Source: Thermoanaerobaculia bacterium
GTDB taxonomy: Bacteria > Acidobacteriota > Thermoanaerobaculia > Multivoradales > Multivoraceae
Assembly (NCBI GenBank): GCA_963664405.1
Contig: OY761158.1
Location: forward strand, 5,856,001-5,920,000
Length of the DNA: 64,000 bases
Reading direction: 5' to 3'
A program made the position numbers and the translations under genes. Under the pieces are notes generated by a model. It worked only from the letters and a program-made list of their open reading frames with translations, was not told the origin of the DNA and searched no databases. This document shows positions 1 through 10,170 of this stretch, piece by piece; within the stretch, counting starts at the first letter, position 1; each line of letters begins with the position of its first letter.

Positions 1-822
1 GTCATAGGTCGCGCTCAGCGTCGCATGGGAATGACGATATGCGGGCTCGCCGTTCTCTCGAACCACTACCACATGCTGGTGATTCCCGAGAGCACGGAGC
101 ATCTGAGCGACTTCATGGAGTTCGTGAACGGTAACATCGCTCGCAAGGTCGGTGTGCTTCACGGCTGGTCGGGGAAGTTCTGGAGCAAGCCCTACAGTCA
201 CATCATAGTTTCGGATGAGGAGGAGGCCCAGATCGGGCGTCTTTACTACCTTCTCTCTCACGGAGCGAAGGAGGGTTTGGTCCGCGACCCCAGGGACTGG
301 CCCGGTGTTCATTGTGCAGGTCATCTCCGACGCGGCTACTCGGAAATGTTGGGCGGGGAGTGGCACGACGAGACTCAAGAGTACAACGCTCGTCGTAGAG
401 GTAAAGAGCTGAATCTAGGCGACTTTCTGTACGAGGAGTCGGTCGTGTTGACGCCTCTTCCCTGCGCGAAGGATTGGAGCTTCAGGAAGAAGATCGAGTT
501 GGTCCGGGGTCAGCTACGAGAGATCAGTGGGGTGGTCCGGCAGCGGATTGAGGAAACCGGGAGGCCTCCGTTGGGAGTGAAGAAGATTCTGCGGCAGGAT
601 CCCCACTTCCGGCCGGAGAAGCTGAGCAAGTCGCCGGCTCCCGCCTTTCACGCGGCCTCGAGAGAGCACTACGAGAAGCTCCGAGAGATGTATCGGGACT
701 TTGTCAATGCTTACCGTGAGGCTGCGGAGAAGCTCAAAGAGGGAGTGCTGGATGCGGTATTCCCGCCGGGTTGTTTCCCTCCCGGACTACCTTACGTGCC
801 CGAGGTGCGGGCCGGACCCTAG
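1..822 (+). mobile_element. REP-associated tyrosine transposase (RAYT / IS200-like Y1 HUH transposase), 5'-partial
   Basis: HUH motif NHYHMLV, GKFWSKPY, YYLLSHGAKEGLV..PRDWP and C-terminal FPPGCFPP. The frame is open from base 1, so the gene starts upstream of the window. Confidence 0.85.
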
Positions 823-845
823 CGGCGGGATTCGACCGCAGAATC

Positions 846-903
846 GACGAACCTGGCGAGCTCCCTTTCGGAAATTGAGCGGCGGTTGAGGGACCGGTTC
901 GTC
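846..903. repeat. Imperfect stem-loop immediately downstream of the transposase
   Basis: GACGAACC (846-853) is the reverse complement of GGTTCGTC (896-903); inner TCCCT/AGGGA stem. Confidence 0.5.
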
Positions 904-1044
904 AAGCAGTCGCCGTTCGAGTTCTTCGTCAACCCATCACCCGCGCTGCGTTTTCAGGATGGCCTGGTTGGGGTACTCAGAGGCTTCGTTCTCATGTCTT
1001 GAGCCGCACTTCGCGAGAGGTGTGACATGGAGAAGGGCGTCTCT

Positions 1045-1099
1045 GAGAGTCTTTCTTCGAAGTGGGTGAGACTCTCTCGGTCCGGACTCTCTCGGTCCG
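1045..1099. repeat. REP-like cluster: 8-bp inverted repeat plus 15-bp tandem direct repeat
   Basis: GAGAGTCT (1045-1052) / AGACTCTC (1069-1076); GACTCTCTCGGTCCG twice (1070-1084, 1085-1099). Confidence 0.6.
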
Positions 1100-1275
1100 T
1101 GGAGGAGGGCGTAGTAGCGTGGTGGTTGGACTGAGCGTAGTTCTGAAAGCACGGGGCGCTTCCTTTCGAGGCCAGGATCCTGGCCTCGAGTTGTGGGGGA
1201 GCATGCTATCCACAACAGTCAGAAAGGGTTGCCGAGCGGCAGGGCGCGTGCAGGGAAGGTGGCGAGAGGAGTCTG

Positions 1276-2055
1276 ATGAACATTGAAGGCAAGGTAGCGG
1301 TGGTGACCGGCGGTGCCAGCGGGATCGGGAGGTCGCTGTGTCGCCTCCTCGACGCCAAGGGAGCGCGCGGGGTGGTTGTTGCAGACTTGAACGGGGAAGG
1401 AGCGGCGCTGGTCGCAGGCGAAGTCGGCGGGCTCGCCGTGATCTGTGACATCGGCAGGGAAGAGGAGTGTAGGAAGCTCGTAGACGAGGCTATGGCTCTG
1501 TACGGCCGGATCGACCGCTTCTTCTCCAATGCCGGGATCGGCAGCGGCGGAGATCCCATCGATACACCTCTTGAAGTCTGGCAGCAGCAATGGGACGTCA
1601 ATCTGATGGCCCACGTACACGCCGTGCACACAGTTCTACCCGACAGGCTCGAGCGCGGCGACGGCTATCTCATTCACACCTCGTCGATGGCCGGCATCTT
1701 GTCGACCCACGGCAACGTGCACTACGCCGTCTCCAAGCACGCCGTCGTTGGCCTTGCCGAATGGCTTGCTTTCACCTACGCCCACCGCGGTATCAAAGTG
1801 TCCTGCCTCTGTCCGCTCGGTGTTCGCACCCCCATGCTCCCCGATCCCACCGGTGCCTGGGCCCAGGCGGCCGCGGGCAACGTGCGCGAGCCCGAAGAGG
1901 TGGCCGAGATGGTGGTCGACGCGATCGAAGAAGAGAGGTTCCTCATCCTCACGGACTCCATAGCCCAAGAGTGGATGGAAGGGAAGACCGCGGACCCTGA
2001 CCGATGGCTTCGCGGTATGAATCGGCTGCAACAGCGTATGGAAGAGGTCGAGTAG
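1276..2055 (+). CDS. Short-chain dehydrogenase/reductase
   Basis: TGGASGIG, NAGI, YAVSK catalytic motif; GAGGAG RBS. Confidence 0.95.
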   Translation: MNIEGKVAVVTGGASGIGRSLCRLLDAKGARGVVVADLNGEGAALVAGEVGGLAVICDIGREEECRKLVDEAMALYGRIDRFFSNAGIGSGGDPIDTPLEVWQQQWDVNLMAHVHAVHTVLPDRLERGDGYLIHTSSMAGILSTHGNVHYAVSKHAVVGLAEWLAFTYAHRGIKVSCLCPLGVRTPMLPDPTGAWAQAAAGNVREPEEVAEMVVDAIEEERFLILTDSIAQEWMEGKTADPDRWLRGMNRLQQRMEEVE

Positions 2056-2159
2056 AGGTCGGCACCAGAGGCCTCCTCCTCGAAGAGTTTTCGAGATACT
2101 CTCCATGTCCACCGACCTATTGACGGAAGCTGGTATTTGAAGAAGGAGTCAAGGAAGAA

Positions 2160-2942
2160 ATGAAATCAACAAAGGAACTATTCGATCTCAGCGGCAAGGT
2201 AGCGCTTCTTACCGGCGCCTCGAAGGGCATGGGCAGAGCGATGGCCGAGGGTTTGGCCGAGCAGGGCGCCAAAGTGGTGGTTTCTAGCCGCAAACTGGAT
2301 CAGTGTGAAATCGCAGCCGAAGAGATCAACGCCATATGCGGCGAAGGGTCGGCGATCGCTCTCGCATGCAACATCGGCGACAAAGAGCAGCTGCAGGCGC
2401 TCGTCGATGGTACTCACGAAAAGCTCGGCCCGATCGACATCTTGATCGGCAACGCAGGGGTCAATCCTTTCTACGGGCCGATGTCCGAGATCCCCGACTG
2501 GGCCTTCGACAAAATCATGGGCAGCAATGTGAGATCGAACCACTGGCTGTGTCAGATGGTTGCTCCCGACATGATCGAAAAGGGTTCGGGCTCGATGATG
2601 ATCACCGCCAGCACGGGTGCCTTCAACGCGTCGCTCACCCTCGGCACGTACAGCATCTCCAAGCTCGCCGACATCGCTCTGGTGAGGAACCTGGCCGCCG
2701 AGTTGGGCCCTCATGGTGTTCGCGTCAACGCCATTTGCCCTGGCTTGATCAAGACCGACTTTGCCAAGGCGCTCTGGGACAACCCCGAGGCGAAGGCCCG
2801 TGCCGAAACACAGATTCCGCTGAGGCGGCTGGGGGAGTCCGAAGATTTCAAGGGAGTGGTTGTTTTTCTCGCCTCCGAGGCCAGCTCGTTCATGACCGGT
2901 CAGGCGATCACCGTCTGCGGCGGCGCCAATATGTGGAGCTGA
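2160..2942 (+). CDS. Short-chain dehydrogenase/reductase (DHRS4-like)
   Basis: TGASKGMG, NAGVNP, YSISK, VRVNAICPG. Confidence 0.95.
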   Translation: MKSTKELFDLSGKVALLTGASKGMGRAMAEGLAEQGAKVVVSSRKLDQCEIAAEEINAICGEGSAIALACNIGDKEQLQALVDGTHEKLGPIDILIGNAGVNPFYGPMSEIPDWAFDKIMGSNVRSNHWLCQMVAPDMIEKGSGSMMITASTGAFNASLTLGTYSISKLADIALVRNLAAELGPHGVRVNAICPGLIKTDFAKALWDNPEAKARAETQIPLRRLGESEDFKGVVVFLASEASSFMTGQAITVCGGANMWS

Positions 2943-2945
2943 TTC

Positions 2946-4421
2946 GTGCGGCGAGGCCCCTTCTGTGTTGTAGCGGCGCTACTCGCTTGCGCCGTGGCAG
3001 CCGGGGCCCAGCGCCCCTCCGCCGGGCGCCCCAATGCTGGGCGCCCCAACGTAGTCTTGATGATCGCCGATGATCAGACCTGGACGGATTCGGGCGCCTA
3101 CGGCAACTCGGACGTACCGACGCCGAATATCGACCGGCTGGCACGTGAGGGGATGCTTTTCACTCACGCTTTTACCAGCACGGCGATGTGCTCGCCCACC
3201 CGGCAGCAGTTGTATTCGGGGATCTACCCGGTGCGCAGCGGTGCGTACCCCAATCACAGCTTCGTTCTCGATGGCACGAAGAGTCTGGTGCACCACTTCC
3301 AGGCCCTCGGCTATCGAGTCGGCCTGACCGGCAAGACCCACTTCGGGCCGCCTGAGTCTTTCCCCTTCGAGGTGGTTAGCGATGCGATCGTCGAAGGCCC
3401 AACCTCGGTTTCGGCGCCCAGAAACGTGGCCGACGTCGATCTCGAGGCGGCGCGCGCGTTCATCATGGGTGACGAGAGTGAGCCCTTCTTCCTGGTCATG
3501 GCATCTCACGACCCTCACTCGCCCTGTCCCCAGGGCGACGCCTCCCAGTTCGATCGGGCAAAGCTCACGGTGCCTCCGTACCTCGTCGACACCCCGGAGA
3601 TGCGCGAGACCCTTGCTCGGTACTACGCCGAGATCACCCATCTCGACACACAGATCGGCGCCGTGCTGACCGCTCTCGATGCGGCGGGGGTCGCTCGTGA
3701 GACCATCGTCATCTATACCAGCGAGCAGGGCGCGTCGTTTCCCTTCGGCAAGTGGACCTTGTATGACGCCGGTCTTCGTACCGCGCTGATCGTGCGCTGG
3801 CCGGGGCATATTCGAGCGGGCTCTCGCAGCGACGCGCTGGTGCAGTATGTCGATGTCGTGCCCACGCTCCTCGCTGCGGCGGGTAGCGGGGCGGTCGCCG
3901 GTCTCGACGGCAAGAGCTTTCTGCCGGTGCTCAGCGGCGATACGACCGAGCATCGGGATTACGTATACGGCGTCCATACCAACCGCGGCATCATCTATGG
4001 TAACGACTATCCGATCCGCTCGGTGCGCGATCGGCGCTACAAGCTGATCTGGAATCTCAGACCCGATGTGGTCTACCGAAACGTCATCACGGTCGCACCG
4101 AGTAACAGCGTGCTCGCTTCTTGGCAGAAGAAGGCCGAGGCCGGCGACGCCCAGGCAAGGGCGCGTCACGATGCCTATCTACAGCGCCCTGAGTGGGAGC
4201 TCTATGACCTGCAGATCGATCCGGTGGAGACCCCCGAGAACCTGGTTGACGAGCCTTCCATGGCAGGAGAGCGAAGGCGCCTGCAGGTGGAGCTCGAAGC
4301 TTGGATGGAGCAGCAGGGCGATAGGGGGTCAGGTACCGAGAGCGAGGCCACTGAGCATATGAACCCTGTGATGCTCGACCGCATCGTCGCGGGATTCGGG
4401 GAGGCGGCGCGTCCCGAGTGA
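2946..4421 (+). CDS. Secreted formylglycine-type sulfatase
   Basis: Signal peptide, RPNVVLMIADD, CSPTR sulfatase motif, GKTH, ELYDL..DP.E. Confidence 0.95.
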   Translation: MRRGPFCVVAALLACAVAAGAQRPSAGRPNAGRPNVVLMIADDQTWTDSGAYGNSDVPTPNIDRLAREGMLFTHAFTSTAMCSPTRQQLYSGIYPVRSGAYPNHSFVLDGTKSLVHHFQALGYRVGLTGKTHFGPPESFPFEVVSDAIVEGPTSVSAPRNVADVDLEAARAFIMGDESEPFFLVMASHDPHSPCPQGDASQFDRAKLTVPPYLVDTPEMRETLARYYAEITHLDTQIGAVLTALDAAGVARETIVIYTSEQGASFPFGKWTLYDAGLRTALIVRWPGHIRAGSRSDALVQYVDVVPTLLAAAGSGAVAGLDGKSFLPVLSGDTTEHRDYVYGVHTNRGIIYGNDYPIRSVRDRRYKLIWNLRPDVVYRNVITVAPSNSVLASWQKKAEAGDAQARARHDAYLQRPEWELYDLQIDPVETPENLVDEPSMAGERRRLQVELEAWMEQQGDRGSGTESEATEHMNPVMLDRIVAGFGEAARPE

Positions 4422-4460
4422 CACACAGAACACTGGCTCTGGTCTTGGTGTTTGGCTGTG

Positions 4461-4787
4461 GGTGCTTTCAACGCGTCGCTGACCCTGGGCACCTACAGCA
4501 TTTCCAAGCTCGCCGACATCGCCCTGGTGTGAAATCTCGCCTCCGAGCTCGGCCCGCATGGCATTCGCGTCAACGCCGTCTGTCCGGGCCTGATCAAGAC
4601 TGACTTCGCCAAGGCGCTATGGGACAATCCCGAAGCCAAGGCTCGTGCCGAAACACAGATCCCGCTGCGGCGCCTGGGAGAGTGTGAAGATTTCAAGGGC
4701 GTGGCCGTCTACCTCGCCTCAGAGGCGAGCTCTTTCATGACCGGTCAGGCCGTCACCGTGTGCGGCGGCGCCAATATGTGGAGTTGA
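4461..4787 (+). pseudogene. Diverged 3' fragment of the 2160-2942 SDR gene with an internal stop
   Basis: Colinear with 2616-2942; translation differs at 8 of 108 positions, including Arg->TGA at 4530-4532; no 5' half. Confidence 0.9.
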
Positions 4788-4838
4788 TTCGCCCGCCGAG
4801 GCTTCTTGGTCTGATCAGGTGAGCCTCACGCCGCCGCG

Positions 4839-6103
4839 ATGGCGGCGGCTGGTCTGCGATTCGACCGCTTCTATGCCGGGGCGCCGGTTTGCTCGCCGAC
4901 TCGCGCGACGGTGATGACCGGCCGCACGAACGACCGAACCGGGGTGCGGGATCACGGTTACGGCCTGCGTCTCGAGGAGCACACCGTCGCTCAGGCCCTG
5001 CGCGAGGTGGGCTACGCGACCGGGCACTTCGGCAAATGGCACCTCAACGGTATCCGCGGGCCTGGCGTTCCTATCTTCGCCGATGACGACCAGAGCCCCT
5101 CTGTATTCGGCTTCGACGAGTGGCTGTCGGTGACGAATTTCTTCGATCGAGACCCGATCATGAGCCGGATGGGCGTATTTGAAGAGTTCGCGGGGGACTC
5201 TCCTCGGAGATCATCGTTCGTGAGGCGATGAAGTTCATTCGCAAGCAAGCGGCGTCTGAGCAGCCCTTCTTTACCGTGATCTGGTACGGAACGCCGCATG
5301 ACCCCATGGTCGCCACCGAAGAGGACATGAAAGGGTTCGAGGGTCTCGATGATCGCTCACGAAACCAGCTCGGAGAGTTGGTCGCGATGGATCGCAGCAT
5401 AGGCGCGCTTCGCAAGGGTTTGCGGGACCTCGGTATCGAGCGCGAGACCTTGGTTTGGTACACGAGCGACAACGGCGGACTCGAGAATGTCCAACCCGAC
5501 TCCGTCGGCGGGCTTCGCGGCTTCAAGGGCGAAGTCTATGAGGGCGGTCTTCGAGTACCCGCGATCATCGAGTGGCCGGAGACGATCACAGAGCCGCGGA
5601 TCACTCATTATCCGGCGACCACGATGGACATCTTCCCGACCTTGGCGGAGATCGTCGGCCTTCCCGACTCGGTACTCGAGCAGCCTCGAGACGGGCTCAG
5701 CCTGGCGGCGCTCTTCCACAAAGAGCTCGATCGTCGCAAGAAGCCCTTGGGGTTTCGCTATTCACACCCGGGAAGAGGGGGCGCTGCGCTGATCGACAAT
5801 GACATGAAGTTGGTCAGTCTCCACAGTGGCGAGTACGAGCTCTACGACCTCGGCAAGGACGAGAGGGAGACGACCGATCTATACGCCTCGAAGCCGGCCG
5901 AAGCCCGACGCATGCGCAGGGCGTTCGAAGCCTGGAACGCTTCGGTGGAGGCCAGCGTCGCCGGCGAGGATTATCCGGAAGGCACCACCGATCCTTCCCA
6001 GTCCGAGCCCATCTTCTGGATGGAGCTAGAGAAGTACGAGCCTTACTTCGACGAGTGGCGAAAGCGTCCCGAGTACGCCGAGAGGCTCGAGGGCAAGCCC
6101 TAG
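4839..6103 (+). pseudogene. Sulfatase, N-terminally truncated and frameshifted near 5200
   Basis: CSPTR and GKWHL in ORF 4839-5231; SDNGG, GFKGEVYEGGLRVP in ORF 5228-6103. Removing one TC at about 5199 restores [14 protein letters not shown]. The N-terminal metal-binding DD motif is missing. Confidence 0.85.
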
Positions 6104-6279
6104 GCTCCAGAAATGATGGCTATCATTTCCTCCGCTGGGCGCGCCCCGCCTAGTTGTCTTTTGGCGCCGAGGACGGCGCACTTGGGCGTTGCTTCCTATT
6201 CGCTCACGGAAACGGCTCAGGACGAATACTCGGACACAGTCCTAGGCCCTTCGGAGCCCACGCCGGGCAGCGATGCGAT

Positions 6280-8061
6280 TCAGTCGCGGCGGGGAAGCGC
6301 GAAAACGAACAGATTACTGCCGCGGCTGGTTTTGAGCTCGGGCGTCATCCGGGCGTTGGTCAGCCTTCCCGAGCCGGTGTTGACCGCCACGTACTGCTGC
6401 CCGTCGACCGCGTAGGTGATCGGGAAACCCATCACCGGCGATCCGAGGTTGATCTCCCACAGCACTTCGCCGGTCTCGTCGTCGAGGGCTCTGAACCGCC
6501 CCCCTTGGTCGCCGCCGAAGAGGAGGCCGCCGCCGGTGCTCAGAAGAGAGAAGGTGGCTGCCCGGGTTTCGAAGAGCCACTTGGTCTCGCCGGTCTCGGC
6601 CGAGATCGCGCGTACAGTTCCGAGCTGGTCGGTACCTGGCGCCAGCTGGTGATCGGCGGCGAGCGAGTAGAGGGGGTTGGGATGAACCATGGACATGGCC
6701 CGCTCACTGCGGAAGTTGTCGGTCGCCAACATCACGGCACAGGCCTGTCGCAGCGGGAAGTACATCGTCTTGGTCCGGGGGCTGTAGGTGCCGGCCTCCC
6801 AGTCCTTGCCGCCCGCCCAGGTCGGGCAGATCAGCGCCTCCTGCTCCATCTCGGTGAAGATGACCTCCGGATTCTCGGTCACCTTGCCGGTGGCCGGATC
6901 GATGTCGCTGATCACGTTTTGCGCGATGGTCGGCGTGGCCCAGAGAAACTCGCCGGTCTCGCGGTCGAGGGTGTAGACCAGACCGGTCTTGCCCGGGATT
7001 CCGGTCACGACCTTGCGCACCTCGCCGGGCTGAAGTCGCGGGTTGATCCAGCGGACGCTGTCGGGGTCGGGGCTGACAGCGGTGTCGAGGAGGATGCGCT
7101 CGAAGACATGGTCGAGGTCCCAGTGATCGTTGAGGTGCTGGTAGTACCAACGGACCTCGCCAGTGTCGACCGCGAGAGCGAGGGTCGAGTTGTGGTAGAG
7201 GTGGGTCTTGTCGGTGCCGCCGAGCATGAACTTCGGCGCCGGCGAGGTGACCCCCGTGCCGATATAGACCAGCCTCAGCTCGGAGTCGTAGCTCGGCGGC
7301 ATCCAGGTGCCGACATGGCGTCGCCTCTCCTGGGGCACGTCGCCCCAGGTCTCGTCGCCGGGCTCGCCGGCTGCGGGTATCGTGCGCCGTCGCCAGACTT
7401 CTTCGCCCGTGCGTGCATCATGGGCGATGATGACGCAGGCGTCCGGGCCTCCGCGGGGTCGGCAGCTGCGTCCCGAGACCAACTTGCCGTCGGCGACGAT
7501 GGGGCCCGCGCTGTGATGGGCCGGATTGAGCTTGTAGTCGAGGATCTTGGTCTCCCAGGCGAGCTCACCGGTGGTGGCATCGAGCGCGTAGGCGTAGAGG
7601 TCGGCACTGGTGTTGAGGATGAGCCGGTCGTAGATGGCGATGTTGCGCGACTTCTTGGCCAGAGAGCCGACGTGGCCCCAGACGTCGTCCGGAAGGTCTC
7701 GTTTGTACTCCCACAACAAATCTCCCGTCGTGGCGGAGAGGGCCTGGATGACGTCCTCCGAGTTGGGCACAAAAAGGACGCCTTCGTAGGCGAGTGGCGT
7801 GAGCTCCGCGGTTCCAGACGCGAGAGCTCGCGACCAGACCATGCGGATCTCATCGACGTTCTCTCGGGTGATCTGGTCGAGCGGGCTGTAGCCCCAGCTG
7901 TCGAGCGTCCGGCGATAGTTGATCCAGTCCTCCGGGGCCGGGTTCGCGAGCATGGCGTCGGTGACCGGAGTGAGCTGGATCGAGGGCTGCCCTAGGGCGG
8001 CCGAGGCCATTACGCCGGCTGCGATCACAGCCGTGGCAAACTGTCTCCAGCAGGTTCTCAC
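6280..8061 (-). CDS. PQQ-dependent dehydrogenase family (beta-propeller) protein, secreted
   Basis: W..Y......GYSPLDQITRENV, repeated A.D..TG...W tryptophan-docking motifs, WYYQH..DHWDLD, PITYAVDGQQYVAV. GTG start at 8061 chosen for its RBS and signal peptide (track start 8136). Confidence 0.9.
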   Translation of the reverse strand: MRTCWRQFATAVIAAGVMASAALGQPSIQLTPVTDAMLANPAPEDWINYRRTLDSWGYSPLDQITRENVDEIRMVWSRALASGTAELTPLAYEGVLFVPNSEDVIQALSATTGDLLWEYKRDLPDDVWGHVGSLAKKSRNIAIYDRLILNTSADLYAYALDATTGELAWETKILDYKLNPAHHSAGPIVADGKLVSGRSCRPRGGPDACVIIAHDARTGEEVWRRRTIPAAGEPGDETWGDVPQERRRHVGTWMPPSYDSELRLVYIGTGVTSPAPKFMLGGTDKTHLYHNSTLALAVDTGEVRWYYQHLNDHWDLDHVFERILLDTAVSPDPDSVRWINPRLQPGEVRKVVTGIPGKTGLVYTLDRETGEFLWATPTIAQNVISDIDPATGKVTENPEVIFTEMEQEALICPTWAGGKDWEAGTYSPRTKTMYFPLRQACAVMLATDNFRSERAMSMVHPNPLYSLAADHQLAPGTDQLGTVRAISAETGETKWLFETRAATFSLLSTGGGLLFGGDQGGRFRALDDETGEVLWEINLGSPVMGFPITYAVDGQQYVAVNTGSGRLTNARMTPELKTSRGSNLFVFALPRRD

Positions 8062-8244
8062 GGTCTTCCTCGTCCTTGCTTTCCCCCAAACGCTGCTCGG
8101 GTCGGGGCTGGTCTTGTACTTCGTGCCACGGATCATTGTATGTCGGCGTGGCCGTCGTCAAGGAGACTCCCACCACTGCCGGCCACCGCCCTCGACTTCA
8201 GCTGGCTTAGCCTTTTGCGGGGCGCAACGCTAAAGTGGTGCGAC

Positions 8245-10170
8245 ATGGGCCGTAGTCACCAAGAGACTGACCGCAAGCCGGGTCGTAGTTCAGAGCTCGG
8301 AGAGCGCCAGCCGTTGCCGATGACGATGGCGGAGGCGCGAGCTCGCGGGTGGAGCGAGCTCGATGTGGTGTTGGTATCGGGAGACGCCTATGTCGACCAT
8401 CCTAGCTTCGGGACCGCCATTATCGGTCGAGTCCTCGAGGCGGCCGGCTATCGGGTCGCGATCCTGGCACAGCCGGACTGGCGGTCGTGTGAGCCGTGGA
8501 AGCGCTTCGGGCGACCCAGGCTCTTTTTCGGTGTCGGCGCCGGCAACATGGACTCAATGATCAATCATTACACCGCCAACAAGAAGGTGCGCAACGACGA
8601 CGCCTATTCGCCGGCGGGCAAGATCGGGCTGCGCCCGGATCGGGCGACATTGGCCTACTGCCAGCGGGCGCGAGAGGCTTTTAAGGGCGTGCTTGTCATT
8701 GCCGGCGCCGTCGAGGCCTCACTACGGCGGCTCGCTCACTTCGACTACTGGAGCGAGAAGGTGCGCGGCTCGATTCTGCTCGACGCCAAGGCCGACCTGA
8801 TCGTTTACGGCATGGCGGAGAGCACGATCCTCGAAGTCGCCGCCGGCCTCAGTGCCGGCAAGGATCTGTCCGACCTGCGGCATCTGCGCGGAGTGGTGTA
8901 TGCCCTCGGTGCCAAGGACAAGGAACCCGAGGGCGAAGGGATCGAACGGCTGCCGAGCTTCGAAGATGTGCGCTCCGACAAGGTCGCTTTCGCCAAGGCT
9001 ACGCGCCGGATTCACCACCACAGCAACCCGCTCAACGCAGCCACCCTGGTGCAGATGCACGGCCGACGCGCTGTAGTACAAACACCGCCCGCCCTGCCCC
9101 TGGACGAAGCGGAGCTGGACAGGATTCATGACCTGCCCTACACCCGCCGCCCTCACCCGAGCTACACGGGAGCAATCCCCGCCTATGAAGTGGTCAAGCA
9201 CTCGGTGCAGATCATGCGCGGTTGTTTCGGCGGCTGTACCTTCTGTTCGATCACGACCCACCAGGGGCGGACGATCCAGTCCCGCTCCGAAGCCTCAGTG
9301 CTTGGCGAGATCGAGCTGATGCGTGGGGATCCGGCCTTCAAGGGCATCGTTTCGGACATCGGCGGCCCGACCGCCAATATGTACCGGATGCGATGCAAGG
9401 ACCCGGAGGTCGAGGCCGTGTGCCGTAGGCTCTCGTGCGTTCACCCCAAGGTGTGCAAGCTGCTTGACACCGATCACGGCCCGCTGATCCAGCTGATGCG
9501 CAAATCGCGCGAGCTGCCCGGCGTGCGCAAGGTGCACGTGGCCTCCGGCGTGCGAATCGACCTTGCCGCCGACTCGCCGGAGTACCTGCTCGAGCTCGCC
9601 GGGCACCACGTCAGTGGACGCTTGACGGTGGCCCCCGAGCACACGAGCGCAAAGGTGCTCGAGTGTATGAAGAAGCCTCCCCTCGACTCGTGGGACGACT
9701 TCGAGAAGGGCTTCAAGAAGGCCAGCGCTGACGCCGGAAAACGTCAGCAGCTGATGCCCTACTTCATCAGCGGCCACCCAGGCTCGGATCTCGAAGCGAT
9801 GATCGAGCTGGCGCAGTTTCTCAAAGGTAGTGGCTACCGTCCGGACCAGGTGCAGGATTTCATCCCAGCGCCGATGGACGTGGCGACAGCCATGTACCAT
9901 ACCGGAATCAACCCGTTGACGATGAAAGAGGTCACTGTCGCTCGAGGCATGCGCGACCGACGGCTCCAGCGTGCGCTGTTGCAGTTCTTCAAGCCGGAGA
10001 ACTACTTTCAGGTCCGCGAGGCGCTGAGCAAGGCCGGCCGTGGTGATCTGATCGGGCACGGGCAAGACTGTTTGATCCCCACGCATCCACCTCGCGAGGC
10101 GATCGAGGCAAGGAGGCAGGCGGCCCAGAGGGGCGCCGGCGACATTCACCGCATGGATGGAGGGAGATGA
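8245..10170 (+). CDS. ygiQ: YgiQ family radical SAM protein
   Basis: VSGDAYVDHPSFG, GNMDSMINHYT, GCFGGCTFC (CxxxCxxC), YFISGHPG, QVQDFIPAPM; start uncertain (8245 or 8320). Confidence 0.92.
   Translation: MGRSHQETDRKPGRSSELGERQPLPMTMAEARARGWSELDVVLVSGDAYVDHPSFGTAIIGRVLEAAGYRVAILAQPDWRSCEPWKRFGRPRLFFGVGAGNMDSMINHYTANKKVRNDDAYSPAGKIGLRPDRATLAYCQRAREAFKGVLVIAGAVEASLRRLAHFDYWSEKVRGSILLDAKADLIVYGMAESTILEVAAGLSAGKDLSDLRHLRGVVYALGAKDKEPEGEGIERLPSFEDVRSDKVAFAKATRRIHHHSNPLNAATLVQMHGRRAVVQTPPALPLDEAELDRIHDLPYTRRPHPSYTGAIPAYEVVKHSVQIMRGCFGGCTFCSITTHQGRTIQSRSEASVLGEIELMRGDPAFKGIVSDIGGPTANMYRMRCKDPEVEAVCRRLSCVHPKVCKLLDTDHGPLIQLMRKSRELPGVRKVHVASGVRIDLAADSPEYLLELAGHHVSGRLTVAPEHTSAKVLECMKKPPLDSWDDFEKGFKKASADAGKRQQLMPYFISGHPGSDLEAMIELAQFLKGSGYRPDQVQDFIPAPMDVATAMYHTGINPLTMKEVTVARGMRDRRLQRALLQFFKPENYFQVREALSKAGRGDLIGHGQDCLIPTHPPREAIEARRQAAQRGAGDIHRMDGGR

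Noticed and set aside
4530-4532. In-frame TGA in the SDR fragment as a second selenocysteine
   Set aside because: Aligns to Arg, not Cys, in the intact copy; consistent with a CGA->TGA nonsense change in a 5'-truncated fragment.
6170-6246. Possible IS end (TAGGACTGTGTCC on minus strand) between CTAG sites
   Set aside because: No matching inverted partner found in the window.
6154-7995. 613-aa plus-strand ORF, and similar long antisense ORFs (e.g. 2979-4169, 10407-11687, 17530-18735, 43284-44327)
   Set aside because: Shadow ORFs opposite well-supported genes; expected in high-GC DNA, with no motifs.
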